A stretch of 64,000 bases of DNA from a virus (taxonomy: Duplodnaviria > Caudoviricetes). Positions 26,875 to 35,136 of this stretch are shown one piece after another. The notes below the pieces were generated by a model that saw only the letters and a program-made list of their open reading frames with translations, had not been told where the DNA came from and ran no database searches. The number at the start of each line of letters is the position of its first letter. Within the stretch, counting starts at the first letter, position 1. The stretch is from IMG/VR virus record IMGVR_UViG_3300050343_000159; one strand, given 5' to 3'. The position numbers and the translations under genes were made by a program.

Positions 26875-27217
26875 ATGAACGGATCACTGGACCCAGAAGA
26901 AAGAGTTATGGAACCACCTCACTGTAAACGAACAGGTTGCCTTTATCGCTCAAAAATATGGGTGGGAAGAAGGTGACGAAATTGTAGTTGAAATGGCAGG
27001 TACTCAAGTATCTGGCATCGATGTTGGTGAAGTGTATAACAAGAAGTGGCAGTCACCTATTGGTACTCGAAAGTACAACAAAGATGCGTTTATCATTATT
27101 AGTAATCAATCCCGTAGAGATTTGACTAGATCTCAACCTATGGATAGGGAACATAAACCCCAACACCCATACACTCCCCCATCTCTAAATATTTCTGAAG
27201 AAAAGAAAACAAAATGA
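26875..27217 (+). CDS. conserved hypothetical protein; apparent indel near 26915
   Basis: MNGSLDPEERVM / GTQVSGIDVGEVYNKKWQSP. Confidence 0.5.
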
Positions 27218-27408
27218 GTTTCCCATTCAATCATGTTGTTCTTGAGGATCGTAAAGAAGTTTGGATCAAAGGTGGGTATCCTGGGTGTATGGCAGTACCA
27301 AGGTTGATGGAAAAGTTTTATCCTGGATATGAAGCCAAGTTGGCTAAGAATGAATTTATTGAGAAACTCAAAAAAGATTACACATTGAGGGCTACATTAG
27401 ATGCCTGA
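27214..27408 (+). CDS. hypothetical protein
   Basis: 64-aa coupled ORF. Confidence 0.5.
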   Translation: MSFPFNHVVLEDRKEVWIKGGYPGCMAVPRLMEKFYPGYEAKLAKNEFIEKLKKDYTLRATLDA

Positions 27409-27498
27409 TCACAGTATTCGCCCTCTACTTGAACAGGTAGGGGGTTTTACTATTACAATATTGATGTTTCTAGTTCCTATTTTAATTTTAATTTTACT

Positions 27499-27750
27499 AT
27501 GACTTTCCTTGTATTCTCTAAAGACGGTTGCCCTTACTGTACTAAAGTTGCACAGGCACTTAAGCTCGCTGAAATGAAGCATGTCATATATAAACTTAAC
27601 CAAGACTACACTCGACAAGAATTTTACAAAACATTTGGAGATGGTTCTACCTTCCCACAGGTTAGAGTATTCACTGAAGAAGAAGGTGAAAGAACTATTG
27701 GTGGTTGTAGTGAAACGGTTAAGTATCTACGAGAAAACAAACTGATCTAA
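27499..27750 (+). CDS. glutaredoxin (NrdC/NrdH-like)
   Basis: CPYC active site, TFPQV, IGGC. Confidence 0.9.
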   Translation: MTFLVFSKDGCPYCTKVAQALKLAEMKHVIYKLNQDYTRQEFYKTFGDGSTFPQVRVFTEEEGERTIGGCSETVKYLRENKLI

Positions 27751-28107
27751 TGGACAACACCTGGGAACTTCTAAACATTGTTGAGAGGACAATTGATAGT
27801 GCATTCCAAGGCAAACAGATGCTCAACATGTATGAGTATCTGAAAGTCTATCAAAGCAACTAAGAGAGATGCTACTGAATTTATTGATAGTTCTGTAGCC
27901 AGAGAGATTCAACTTCTTGTTATGGATCTTGAGGATTATCTTGAAGGTGGTAATGATGAACAACACAAACAACTGAGAGAAGGTTATGGTCATCTGGGCA
28001 AACCCGAAGCCAGAAAGATAAAAGATTATCTCTATTCTATACTAGAGGATGCATGGAAATATGAGCAAGAAAAAAGACCAGGAAGAAGGAGGAAAGCTTC
28101 TAAATAA
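27750..28107 (+). CDS. conserved hypothetical protein; apparent indel near 27848
   Basis: Re-joined; LREGYGHLGKPEARKIKDYL. Confidence 0.55.
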
Positions 28108-28285
28108 CAAAACAAGTAACCTACCATCAGAGATAGATAGAGGTGTTGAGTTACTATTAAGAAATAAAAAAGGGAGGGTTGGATCAAAAACTTTTCAGAT
28201 TAAATTTGATAAGATGATTTCTCTCTTCAAAAGAGAGTTCCACTTGAATATCGATTTTAGTTTCGATATAAAGAAGAAACCCTAG
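28049..28285 (+). CDS. hypothetical protein (start uncertain)
   Basis: IDRGVELLLRNKK..REFHLNIDFSFDIKKK. Confidence 0.45.
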   Translation: MHGNMSKKKDQEEGGKLLNNKTSNLPSEIDRGVELLLRNKKGRVGSKTFQIKFDKMISLFKREFHLNIDFSFDIKKKP

Positions 28286-28294
28286 GAGGTTAAG

Positions 28295-28519
28295 ATGTTA
28301 GCAGTTACTCTCACGTTCTCAGCATTGTTTTCAGTCATGTTCCTTGTGTTAGGAACAGTACTTGGTTGGTTAGCTAAAGACTATGTACTACAAAGAGACT
28401 CTAAGTACATTCCACTTCACCCTGAGATGTTTGATGAGAATGGACAAGTTATCCCTGATGAAGTATTGGCAGTAAGGTTTGAGAATGATATGCTTGATCC
28501 CGATGATCCTTTGAACTAA
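28295..28519 (+). CDS. small membrane protein (DUF2973-like)
   Basis: GGAGG RBS, TM helix, HPEMFDENG. Confidence 0.55.
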   Translation: MLAVTLTFSALFSVMFLVLGTVLGWLAKDYVLQRDSKYIPLHPEMFDENGQVIPDEVLAVRFENDMLDPDDPLN

Positions 28520-28560
28520 CTCAATAAATACGATATACTGAAACGAGAAAGAAAATTACT

Positions 28561-29019
28561 ATGGCTACATCAACAAAACTCCCACCTAATGCTTTTGTGC
28601 ATGAGATTCTTGCACATGTATCTAAACAAAAAAGTGTTGCAAAGAAAGTAGAAGCACTGCAAGAGTATCGTAATGATGCTCTTACTGCAGTTTTGATTTG
28701 GAACTTTGACGATACTGTTTATAGTCTTCTCCCTGAAGGTGAGGTTCCCTTTAACAAGAATGAAGTACCTGTAGGGACTGACCACACCTCCCTGAGAAGG
28801 GAGTGGAAGAACCTCTACCACTTTATCAAGGGTGGTAACGACAAACTCTCCAAGACCCGTAGAGAGTCCATGTTCATTCAGATGTTGGAAGGTCTTCACC
28901 CAGAAGAGGCAGGTGTCATTTGTCTGGTGAAGGATAAGAACCTTGGGACAAAATACAAACTGACCAAAGACCACGTAGCTAAAGCCTTTCCTGATATAGT
29001 ATGGGGAGGTAGATCGTAA
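28561..29019 (+). CDS. conserved T4-like phage hypothetical protein
   Basis: ATAAATA late box at ~28524; LPEGEVPF, RRESMFIQMLEGLHPEEA. Confidence 0.65.
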   Translation: MATSTKLPPNAFVHEILAHVSKQKSVAKKVEALQEYRNDALTAVLIWNFDDTVYSLLPEGEVPFNKNEVPVGTDHTSLRREWKNLYHFIKGGNDKLSKTRRESMFIQMLEGLHPEEAGVICLVKDKNLGTKYKLTKDHVAKAFPDIVWGGRS

Positions 29020-29024
29020 ATCCT

Positions 29025-29276
29025 ATGAAAATCGTTCACGAAAACTGTGATCTTGAAAAGTGTAACAACATCAAGTTACCAAACACTGCTTATGTTGTGA
29101 CTTACAAGGTCGATGGTAAAGAGTGTAATGACATTACCATCTCACAGAAACAGGTTGAGATCTTTGACCAGTATTATGACAAGTATAAGAAAGATCTAAT
29201 TAAAATTGTTCAATCAAAAGGAACAGCAAATCCAAAACTATGGAAAGGAGTGGAGAAAGATGTCAAAGGGGTTTGA
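29025..29276 (+). CDS. hypothetical protein
   Basis: 83-aa ORF in operon. Confidence 0.55.
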   Translation: MKIVHENCDLEKCNNIKLPNTAYVVTYKVDGKECNDITISQKQVEIFDQYYDKYKKDLIKIVQSKGTANPKLWKGVEKDVKGV

Positions 29277-29447
29277 TATTAACTTCGAAGGTCTTGATAT
29301 GAGCCAAGAGGTGTTCAAGAACTTGTCAAGAAGTATAAGAAGATCAAGAAGTATCAGAAGTCTTCACTGTTTGCGGTGAAGACTATGGATGGTACAGAAG
29401 AGATCGTTTCTAAGATGGTAGAGGAAGCCCGTGAAGGAGGGTTCTAA
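29260..29447 (+). CDS. hypothetical protein; apparent indel near 29310
   Basis: MSKGFDINFEG / KKYKKIKKYQKSSLFAVKTM. Confidence 0.4.
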
Positions 29448-29519
29448 TCCTGTTGATGTCCTCAGGTTGATATCAGAACTTGAGGGTAGTTCACAAATGC
29501 TCAATACTATTGGAATGTT

Positions 29520-29729
29520 ATGATGACAAAGAAACGATCGACGAAATCAAAAAGAGGTTTTACAGAATTTACTTCGACCTCAAACGATCCCTACGACAGA
29601 CACAAGTATAGGATGAGGTTTGTTGATACGGATAAAGCTATTATCTTTGATGACTATGAAACTATGAGAGTATTTTGGTTTCAACACGCTGGTATGAAAA
29701 GACCTTGTGTTGTTGATGTAATCGATTAA
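29520..29729 (+). CDS. hypothetical protein
   Basis: DPYDRHKY..IIFDDYETMRVFWF. Confidence 0.5.
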   Translation: MMTKKRSTKSKRGFTEFTSTSNDPYDRHKYRMRFVDTDKAIIFDDYETMRVFWFQHAGMKRPCVVDVID

Positions 29730-29765
29730 ACTTTGTTAAATAAATATTCGAAAGGTTAGTAGAAT

Positions 29766-30080
29766 ATGCTATCGACCAAGTATCGGCTTCGGCTTGAATT
29801 TATCTGTAAGTGTATTGCTAGTGGTGAGGAAGTAAAACTAGATGATATGGTTTGGGCACAGAAACTTGCTAAAGCAAATACATCTGCTAATGAGATGTTA
29901 AAGAAAGCAAGACGACAATCTTCTCAAGATATTGAAGAAGGTAGTACCGACGATTTTCTGAATAGGATGGGTTTAGGAGACCCCGATCCATCCAATCATA
30001 AAACGGGGTTTAGTAGTGCTGATGATATCAAGGACTGGTTTAAACAAGACAAACCTAAGGATTGGAGACAGAGGGACTAA
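29766..30080 (+). CDS. conserved hypothetical cyanophage protein
   Basis: MLSTKYRLRLEFICKCI..WAQKLAKAN..DWRQRD. Confidence 0.65.
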   Translation: MLSTKYRLRLEFICKCIASGEEVKLDDMVWAQKLAKANTSANEMLKKARRQSSQDIEEGSTDDFLNRMGLGDPDPSNHKTGFSSADDIKDWFKQDKPKDWRQRD

Positions 30081-30313
30081 TGCAATCAGTAATCTATTCG
30101 AATAAAAGTCAAGAGTGTGAGAGAGCTATCATGCTTCTTTCAAATGTCCATGAAGATTTTCATGAGTATATTCTAGATGAAGACTTTACTGACAAACAAT
30201 TTCATGCAGAGTTCGGTGATACAGCAGAGTATCCACAGATTTCTATTGGGCTGAAACACAGAGGTGGATTGAAAGAAACCCTTCAGTTCATGAAAGATAA
30301 CAATATGTTCTAA
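30080..30313 (+). CDS. glutaredoxin-like protein (degenerate active site)
   Basis: QECER in place of CxxC; EFGDTAEYPQI; HRGG. Confidence 0.6.
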   Translation: MQSVIYSNKSQECERAIMLLSNVHEDFHEYILDEDFTDKQFHAEFGDTAEYPQISIGLKHRGGLKETLQFMKDNNMF

Positions 30314-30315
30314 CC

Positions 30316-30345
30316 TTGACATAAATAGTGTAGAAGTGTTATAAT
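30316..30345 (+). promoter_or_regulatory. consensus sigma70 promoter with extended -10 (also contains ATAAATA)
   Basis: TTGACA 30316-21, 18-nt spacer, TG.TATAAT 30340-45. Confidence 0.85.
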
Positions 30346-30351
30346 AACACT

Positions 30352-30400
30352 GTCGTTCATCAGAGGTAACTCTGACGCAAGTAAGTTGACTCGGAACGGA
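30352..30400 (+). ncRNA. glutamine riboswitch-like aptamer 1 (glnA/Downstream-peptide type)
   Basis: P1 CGTTC(30354-58)/GAACG(30394-98); P2 TCAGAG-GTAA-CTCTGA; CGCAAGTA junction; short AG/CT P3. Confidence 0.65.
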
Positions 30401-30585
30401 GCGTTCATCCTATGGTTGATTTCTTTTTATATACAACACTCAGTTGTTCTGATGCCGATAGCATTATGCTACGGATGAGGAGTAATGATGATCTTAACGC
30501 TCAAGTTAGGATTGAATTGGTGGAGGTTCTAAAAGAATCTACACCAGAGTGTCCATGGGACGCAAAAGGCAACTGAAGGAACGGG
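30401..30585 (+). ncRNA. glutamine riboswitch-like aptamer 2 with expanded, coding P2 loop
   Basis: P1 CGTTC(30402-06)/GAACG(30579-83); P2 TCCTATGG(30408-15)/CCATGGGA(30553-60); CGCAAA junction; AG-GCAA-CT P3; GAAG. Confidence 0.6.
30412..30576 (+). CDS. 54-aa hypothetical protein nested in aptamer 2
   Basis: MVDFFLYTTLSCSDADSIMLRMRSNDDLNAQVRIELVEVLKESTPECPWDAKGN; GGAG RBS at 30398-401. Confidence 0.6.
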   Translation: MVDFFLYTTLSCSDADSIMLRMRSNDDLNAQVRIELVEVLKESTPECPWDAKGN

Positions 30586-30617
30586 GCCTAAAAATCCAAC
30601 TACTTCAGGAGTATCAA

Positions 30618-30752
30618 ATGAAAGTCACGTATCGTGGTGTGTCGTATGACACAGTTGAGTATCAGAACAGACCCCAAGTTACCAAAAAAGTAACTGAAGT
30701 CTATCGTGGTATCAATCACACCGAAACTGTAAAAGTGGAGGTATCAAAATGA
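30618..30752 (+). CDS. DUF4278-like small protein (two YRG motifs)
   Basis: MKVTYRGVSYD...EVYRGINH; AGGAG RBS at 30607-11. Confidence 0.75.
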   Translation: MKVTYRGVSYDTVEYQNRPQVTKKVTEVYRGINHTETVKVEVSK

Positions 30753-30856
30753 ATATACTTGCCATCGAGCAAAGAAAGATTCTCAAGAAAAAAGCTATCA
30801 AGGTAGCTCAACTTGAGTTGACTAAGAAAACACTTGTTTGTTCTAACAACAAGTGA
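30749..30856 (+). CDS. basic 35-aa peptide
   Basis: ATGA-coupled; MNILAIEQRKILKKKAIKVAQLELTKKTLVCSNNK. Confidence 0.5.
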   Translation: MNILAIEQRKILKKKAIKVAQLELTKKTLVCSNNK

Positions 30857-30864
30857 TATAATTA

Positions 30865-30888
30865 AGGGAGGTAATACTCCCTTTTTTT
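30865..30888 (+). terminator. intrinsic terminator
   Basis: AGGGAG-GTAATA-CTCCCT followed by a T run. Confidence 0.75.
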
Positions 30889-30889
30889 A

Positions 30890-31051
30890 ATGGAAAAAGA
30901 TAAACTCAAACTAATAACCAGAAACCTAAGACTGTTGGTAGATGCGCTGGAGTCTGAAGTTTATTCTGATGTAAAGGCTTATACTGAACGAATGGAAGAG
31001 ACACTTCCTCCTCTCCCAGATTATGATGAGGTATTTGAAGATGATGAATGA
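30890..31051 (+). CDS. conserved hypothetical protein (53 aa)
   Basis: KLKLITRNLRLLVDALESEVYSD..DYDEVFEDDE. Confidence 0.55.
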   Translation: MEKDKLKLITRNLRLLVDALESEVYSDVKAYTERMEETLPPLPDYDEVFEDDE

Positions 31052-31256
31052 TTGGAGATACACCGATGAAAGAATGAAACTAAGGGGTGTTTGCTTATCG
31101 ATTCTTCTAAATAAGTATGGTGGAGCAAGGATTGAAGAAGCCTCCTACTCAACCAAAGATATTTACGAATGCGTTGATACCTGGGTCAGTCAAGGGAATA
31201 AAATCTCTCATGGTATCGAACCTTACTTTAAGACTTATTTTTCTAACACCACTTAA
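31044..31256 (+). CDS. hypothetical protein
   Basis: DWRYTDERMKLR..IYECVDTWV. Confidence 0.55.
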   Translation: MNDWRYTDERMKLRGVCLSILLNKYGGARIEEASYSTKDIYECVDTWVSQGNKISHGIEPYFKTYFSNTT

Positions 31257-31432
31257 TGTATACATTTACTAATTACGAAAGAGCTTTAAGACAATTTAGT
31301 ATTCAAGTTGAATACATATGTGCAGCGGAGATGGCTGGTAAGATTGATTCTGAGGAAGCATACCAACGAATCAAGACCCAACTTAAGACAGTCAAGAAAG
31401 TTAGAAAGTCTGTTAGAACAGGCGTACAATAA
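31256..31432 (+). CDS. hypothetical protein (58 aa)
   Basis: FERAL-like YERALRQFSIQVEYIC..EMAGKI..EEAYQRIK. Confidence 0.5.
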   Translation: MYTFTNYERALRQFSIQVEYICAAEMAGKIDSEEAYQRIKTQLKTVKKVRKSVRTGVQ

Positions 31433-31496
31433 GAGTCATTCTGAATATCCAAACTCGATATTCTTTGTTTAATACCGTGAGTGGAAAGAAACCCTA

Positions 31497-32150
31497 ATGG
31501 ATCAATCAGAACAGATGAAACCCGGAGCTAAACTGGTATCAGTTACACCTGATGCTGAAAAACATATAGCATTCTGTGCTAGGGTGAGTAATCCAAACAA
31601 CCAGGACAACGAAAAGTTTTCTGGCCTACTAAAGTATTGTATCAAGAATCAACACTGGAGTATTTTTGAACAGGCGTTCATGACTCTAGAGATCACAACC
31701 AACAGGGGTATCGCAGCTCAAATCCTGCGCCACCGTTCGTTCACTTTCCAGGAGTTCTCACAGAGGTATGCCTCTACAGATTTCCTAGGTGAGATTGAAC
31801 TGCCTGAACTTCGTCGTCAGGATGATAAGAATAGACAGAATAGTATTGATGATCTTGATCCTGAACTCATTGATAAACTTGAGAGACAGATGGTAACTCT
31901 CTTTAGTTCTGCCAACTCTCTGTATCAACAGATGTTGTCAGCAGGTGTTGCTAAGGAGTGTGCACGCTTTGTGTTACCTCTCGCAACACCAACTAAAATC
32001 TACATGACAGGCTCAATTCGCAGTTGGTTACATTATATTGATCTGAGATCTTCCAATGGAACTCAGAAAGAACATATGGATATTGCCAACAACTGTAAAG
32101 AGATCTTTGTAGAACAGTTCCCATCTATTGCAGAAGCTATGGAATGGTGA
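31497..32150 (+). CDS. thyX: flavin-dependent thymidylate synthase
   Basis: HWSIFE, RHRSFTFQEFSQRY signature, ECARFVLP, LRSSNGTQKEH. Confidence 0.95.
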   Translation: MDQSEQMKPGAKLVSVTPDAEKHIAFCARVSNPNNQDNEKFSGLLKYCIKNQHWSIFEQAFMTLEITTNRGIAAQILRHRSFTFQEFSQRYASTDFLGEIELPELRRQDDKNRQNSIDDLDPELIDKLERQMVTLFSSANSLYQQMLSAGVAKECARFVLPLATPTKIYMTGSIRSWLHYIDLRSSNGTQKEHMDIANNCKEIFVEQFPSIAEAMEW

Positions 32151-32181
32151 TACATAAATATACACACTGAAAACGGATATT

Positions 32182-32427
32182 ATGGCAAAGTATGATGTGG
32201 TAAACACAGATACTGGGGAAACTAAGATCATTGACGTTAGTGTTCATGAGATTACCCAGTGGTATGAAGACAACCCTGAGTGGAGAAGGGATTGGTCTCA
32301 AGGAGCAGCACCATCGATTGGTATGGTTGGAGAAGTTTATGATAAACTTAAGAAGACTCATCCAGGTTGGAATGATGTTCTTCATAAAGCATCTAAAGCT
32401 CCCAAGTCAATTGTCAAACCTATTTGA
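32182..32427 (+). CDS. conserved T4-like hypothetical protein
   Basis: ATAAATA late box at ~32154; 81-aa ORF preceding phoH. Confidence 0.55.
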   Translation: MAKYDVVNTDTGETKIIDVSVHEITQWYEDNPEWRRDWSQGAAPSIGMVGEVYDKLKKTHPGWNDVLHKASKAPKSIVKPI

Positions 32428-32432
32428 ATCAC

Positions 32433-33192
32433 ATGCCTAGAAAGAGTAAGTCCGGTATTGGTACGAACCCTGTCCCCTTTGGTACAAGTAATAGGGCAAT
32501 GAAAAGAAAGAAACCAATCAATTTAGATTACATTAAAAAGATTGAACCTCTCACTGAGAACCAACAAAAGTTCTTTGAAGAGTACAAAAGATCAGAACTT
32601 GGTTGCATATGGTGTAGCTGGTACAGGTAAAACCTTTATCACCCTTTACAACGCTCTTCTGGATGTCCTAGATCCTAAGACACCCTATGACAAGATCTAC
32701 ATCGTCAGGTCTCTTGTGGCTACCCGAGAGATTGGGTTCCTTCCTGGCGATCATGAAGATAAATCATCTTTGTATCAGATTCCATACAAGAACATGGTAA
32801 AATACATGTTCGAGATGCCAGATGACAACTCCTTTGAAATGTTGTATGCTAACCTCAAGGCACAAGGAACTATTAGTTTCTGGAGTACATCATTCATTCG
32901 TGGTACCACGTTTGATAATGCCATCTTGATTATTGACGAGTTCCAGAACTTGAATTTTCACGAACTTGACAGTATCATTACTAGGGTAGGTGAGAGTTCT
33001 AAGATCTTCTTCTGTGGAGATGCCACTCAGTCTGACTTGACTAAGACAGCTGAGAAGAATGGTATTGTTGACTTCATGTCTATCATCAAGAACATGCCTT
33101 CGTTTGCTACGATTGAGTTCCAGGCAGAGGACATCTGTAGAAGTGGATTGGTTAAGGAATACATCATTGCAAAACTTGAATTAGGTCTTTAA
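32433..33192 (+). CDS. phoH: PhoH-family ATPase; apparent indel near 32588
   Basis: GVAGTGKT Walker A, REIGFLPG, FIRGTT, IIDEFQN, LTRVGE-like ITRVGE, CGDATQSDL, RSGLV. Confidence 0.93.
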
Positions 33193-33869
33193 TGTTTACA
33201 CATAGTGATGTACCTTTCGTTCCCATTGAACGAGAGACGATTGATGGAGTTCGTTACTACAAAGTATTCGGAACAGAAGAACTAGTAAAGATGCCTTCGA
33301 TCACTTCTGTGATTAGTTGGAGAAATCGTAACAAGTTTAAAGCCTGGAGAAAGAAAGTTGGTGAGACTGTTGCCAACAACATCACTCGTAAGGCCACACA
33401 TCGTGGTACTGATGCTCACACATTGATTGAAGAGTATCTGAATAACTCAGAGACCTTCTCTGATGTTCTTCCTCTATCTCAGTTCCTATTCAAACAGGCT
33501 AAACCTGAACTGAATAAGATTGATAACATTCTTTGTCAAGAGACGGCACTTTACAGTACCCAACTTGGTATTGCTGGTAGTGTTGATTGTATTGCTGAGT
33601 TTGATGGTGAGTTGGCAGTGATTGACTTTAAAACATCAGCTAAACCCAAACCACGGGAGTGGATTGAAGACTACTTTGTCCAGTGTGCAGCATACGCTTG
33701 TATGTTGTATGAGATGAAGGGTATAATGGTTAAGAAGTTTGTCATTATCATGACATGTGAAGACGGTGAATGTGTAGTCTATGAAGAACGAGACAAGAAA
33801 AAGTACATCAACCTTCTCTCCGAGTATATTAGAGAGTTTGTTGAATCTAAATTACAGGAATATGCTTAA
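33192..33869 (+). CDS. PD-(D/E)XK exonuclease (Cas4/RecB-like) of T4-like cyanophages
   Basis: PSITSV, RGTDAH, AGSVDCIAE, IDFKTS, QCAAYA. Confidence 0.8.
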   Translation: MFTHSDVPFVPIERETIDGVRYYKVFGTEELVKMPSITSVISWRNRNKFKAWRKKVGETVANNITRKATHRGTDAHTLIEEYLNNSETFSDVLPLSQFLFKQAKPELNKIDNILCQETALYSTQLGIAGSVDCIAEFDGELAVIDFKTSAKPKPREWIEDYFVQCAAYACMLYEMKGIMVKKFVIIMTCEDGECVVYEERDKKKYINLLSEYIREFVESKLQEYA

Positions 33870-34131
33870 TCCTGAAGAGAAGAAACTAAACGAAATCTTT
33901 GAGAGCAAGTTCTATTGTCCTCAGAGATTTGCCGAAGAGATCGAGAAGTTAGTTCACAACTCAAAGGAGATGAAGTATGTTGATGCTATCATTCACTTTT
34001 GTGAAGAGAACAACTTGGATGTAGAATCAGTTCCCAAACTGATATCCAAACCATTGAAAGAGAAGATCAAGGTGGAAGCCATGGAAAACAATCTTCTCAA
34101 GCGTACATCACATGCTAAACTCCCATTATGA
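33862..34131 (+). CDS. gp33: late promoter transcription coactivator (T4 gp33)
   Basis: FAEEIEKLV..YVDAIIHFCEEN..LISKPLKEKIKVEA..N.L; synteny with gp59/gp32. Confidence 0.85.
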   Translation: MLNPEEKKLNEIFESKFYCPQRFAEEIEKLVHNSKEMKYVDAIIHFCEENNLDVESVPKLISKPLKEKIKVEAMENNLLKRTSHAKLPL

Positions 34132-34733
34132 TTCCTAAAGTGACAGACTACGAAGTTTATAAAACATACCTTGGTATATCAAGACACTTTACAAGTGAGT
34201 CTTATGACTATCAAAAGTATCAAGGTAAAGTGAGATGTAGTCTGAATAGCTTTTACAAAAACAAACAGAGGTTCTGGTTCGAGAAACTCTCTAGGAAGTA
34301 TGATGATCAGGAGATAAAAGAATTATTCATCTCCAACTATGCCTTGTCTGATGATAACTCTAAGATTTGGATTGGTAACTTGGTAAGAGAAGGTGAGACT
34401 CTCTATCAAGAGTGGAAGAAGCAACAACAAAGTATGAGTTATCTTTTCAGAGAGGAGTGTGAAAAGATATTTGATGACAATAAGATTGATGATGTATTTG
34501 ATTGTGCCAAGGGACATCCTATCATCCTGAAGAAACACCTTAGTAAGGAAGTCTCTCTTGAAACTTTGATCATCTGTGATAGAATACTCTCATATAAGAA
34601 CAGGTTTGATGGTTCTCTCAAAGATCCTGTATGGGAATCAGTGAGTATGAAGATGAAAAAGTACTCACCATTTATGAATATAGATACATTTAAGTACAAA
34701 AAGATTTTAAAAGAAGTTGTATTAGGAAGATGA
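34128..34733 (+). CDS. gp59: helicase loader (T4 gp59)
   Basis: YKTYLGISRHF...YDYQKYQGK, FEKLSRKY, ETLII. Confidence 0.85.
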   Translation: MIPKVTDYEVYKTYLGISRHFTSESYDYQKYQGKVRCSLNSFYKNKQRFWFEKLSRKYDDQEIKELFISNYALSDDNSKIWIGNLVREGETLYQEWKKQQQSMSYLFREECEKIFDDNKIDDVFDCAKGHPIILKKHLSKEVSLETLIICDRILSYKNRFDGSLKDPVWESVSMKMKKYSPFMNIDTFKYKKILKEVVLGR

Positions 34734-35062
34734 GTTTTTTCAATTCAGAGTTTGTTCAGGAAGAATTAAAAGAGATCTCTACCCTACAAGAAGAGATCTA
34801 TGAGAAGATGTATGCCTTCTCTGATATGAATAAGGAAGATAAACTCTATCATGTTGAAGTATTGGAAAAACTTCTGACTAAACAAAGGATCCTATATACT
34901 AGGATGAGTTTGTCTGATGATCCTGATGCAAAGAGCATGAAGGAAACTATCATGAGTCAAGCAGTAATGTTGGGGTTCCCACCTAACACAGACATTTCAT
35001 ATGTGTTTGCTAACATGACAGGTATTATTACCAACATGAAGAAGGCAATCGCTGAAAGTTAG
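34730..35062 (+). CDS. conserved hypothetical protein (DUF1825-like)
   Basis: MSFFNSEFVQEEL..KQRILYTRMSLSDDPDA. Confidence 0.65.
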   Translation: MSFFNSEFVQEELKEISTLQEEIYEKMYAFSDMNKEDKLYHVEVLEKLLTKQRILYTRMSLSDDPDAKSMKETIMSQAVMLGFPPNTDISYVFANMTGIITNMKKAIAES

Positions 35063-35136
35063 ACTATAATAATACTGGGCTGGACGATCCCTAAGCTAAG
35101 TCACACAAGCCAAATACAAAACATACGAGGTACAAA

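Noticed and set aside
30549-30617. N-terminal extension of the DUF4278-like ORF given in the ORF track
   Set aside because: The extension runs through the aptamer core. A good AGGAG RBS sits 6 nt before ATG 30618, which matches the typical MKVTYRG start.
31497-33192. thyX and phoH as novel auxiliary genes
   Set aside because: Both are standard in cyanomyoviruses; they are annotated as features but are not novel.
33192-33869. Cas4 / CRISPR system
   Set aside because: There are no other cas genes and no repeat-spacer array. This PD-(D/E)XK exonuclease is a normal gene next to gp33 in T4-like cyanophages.
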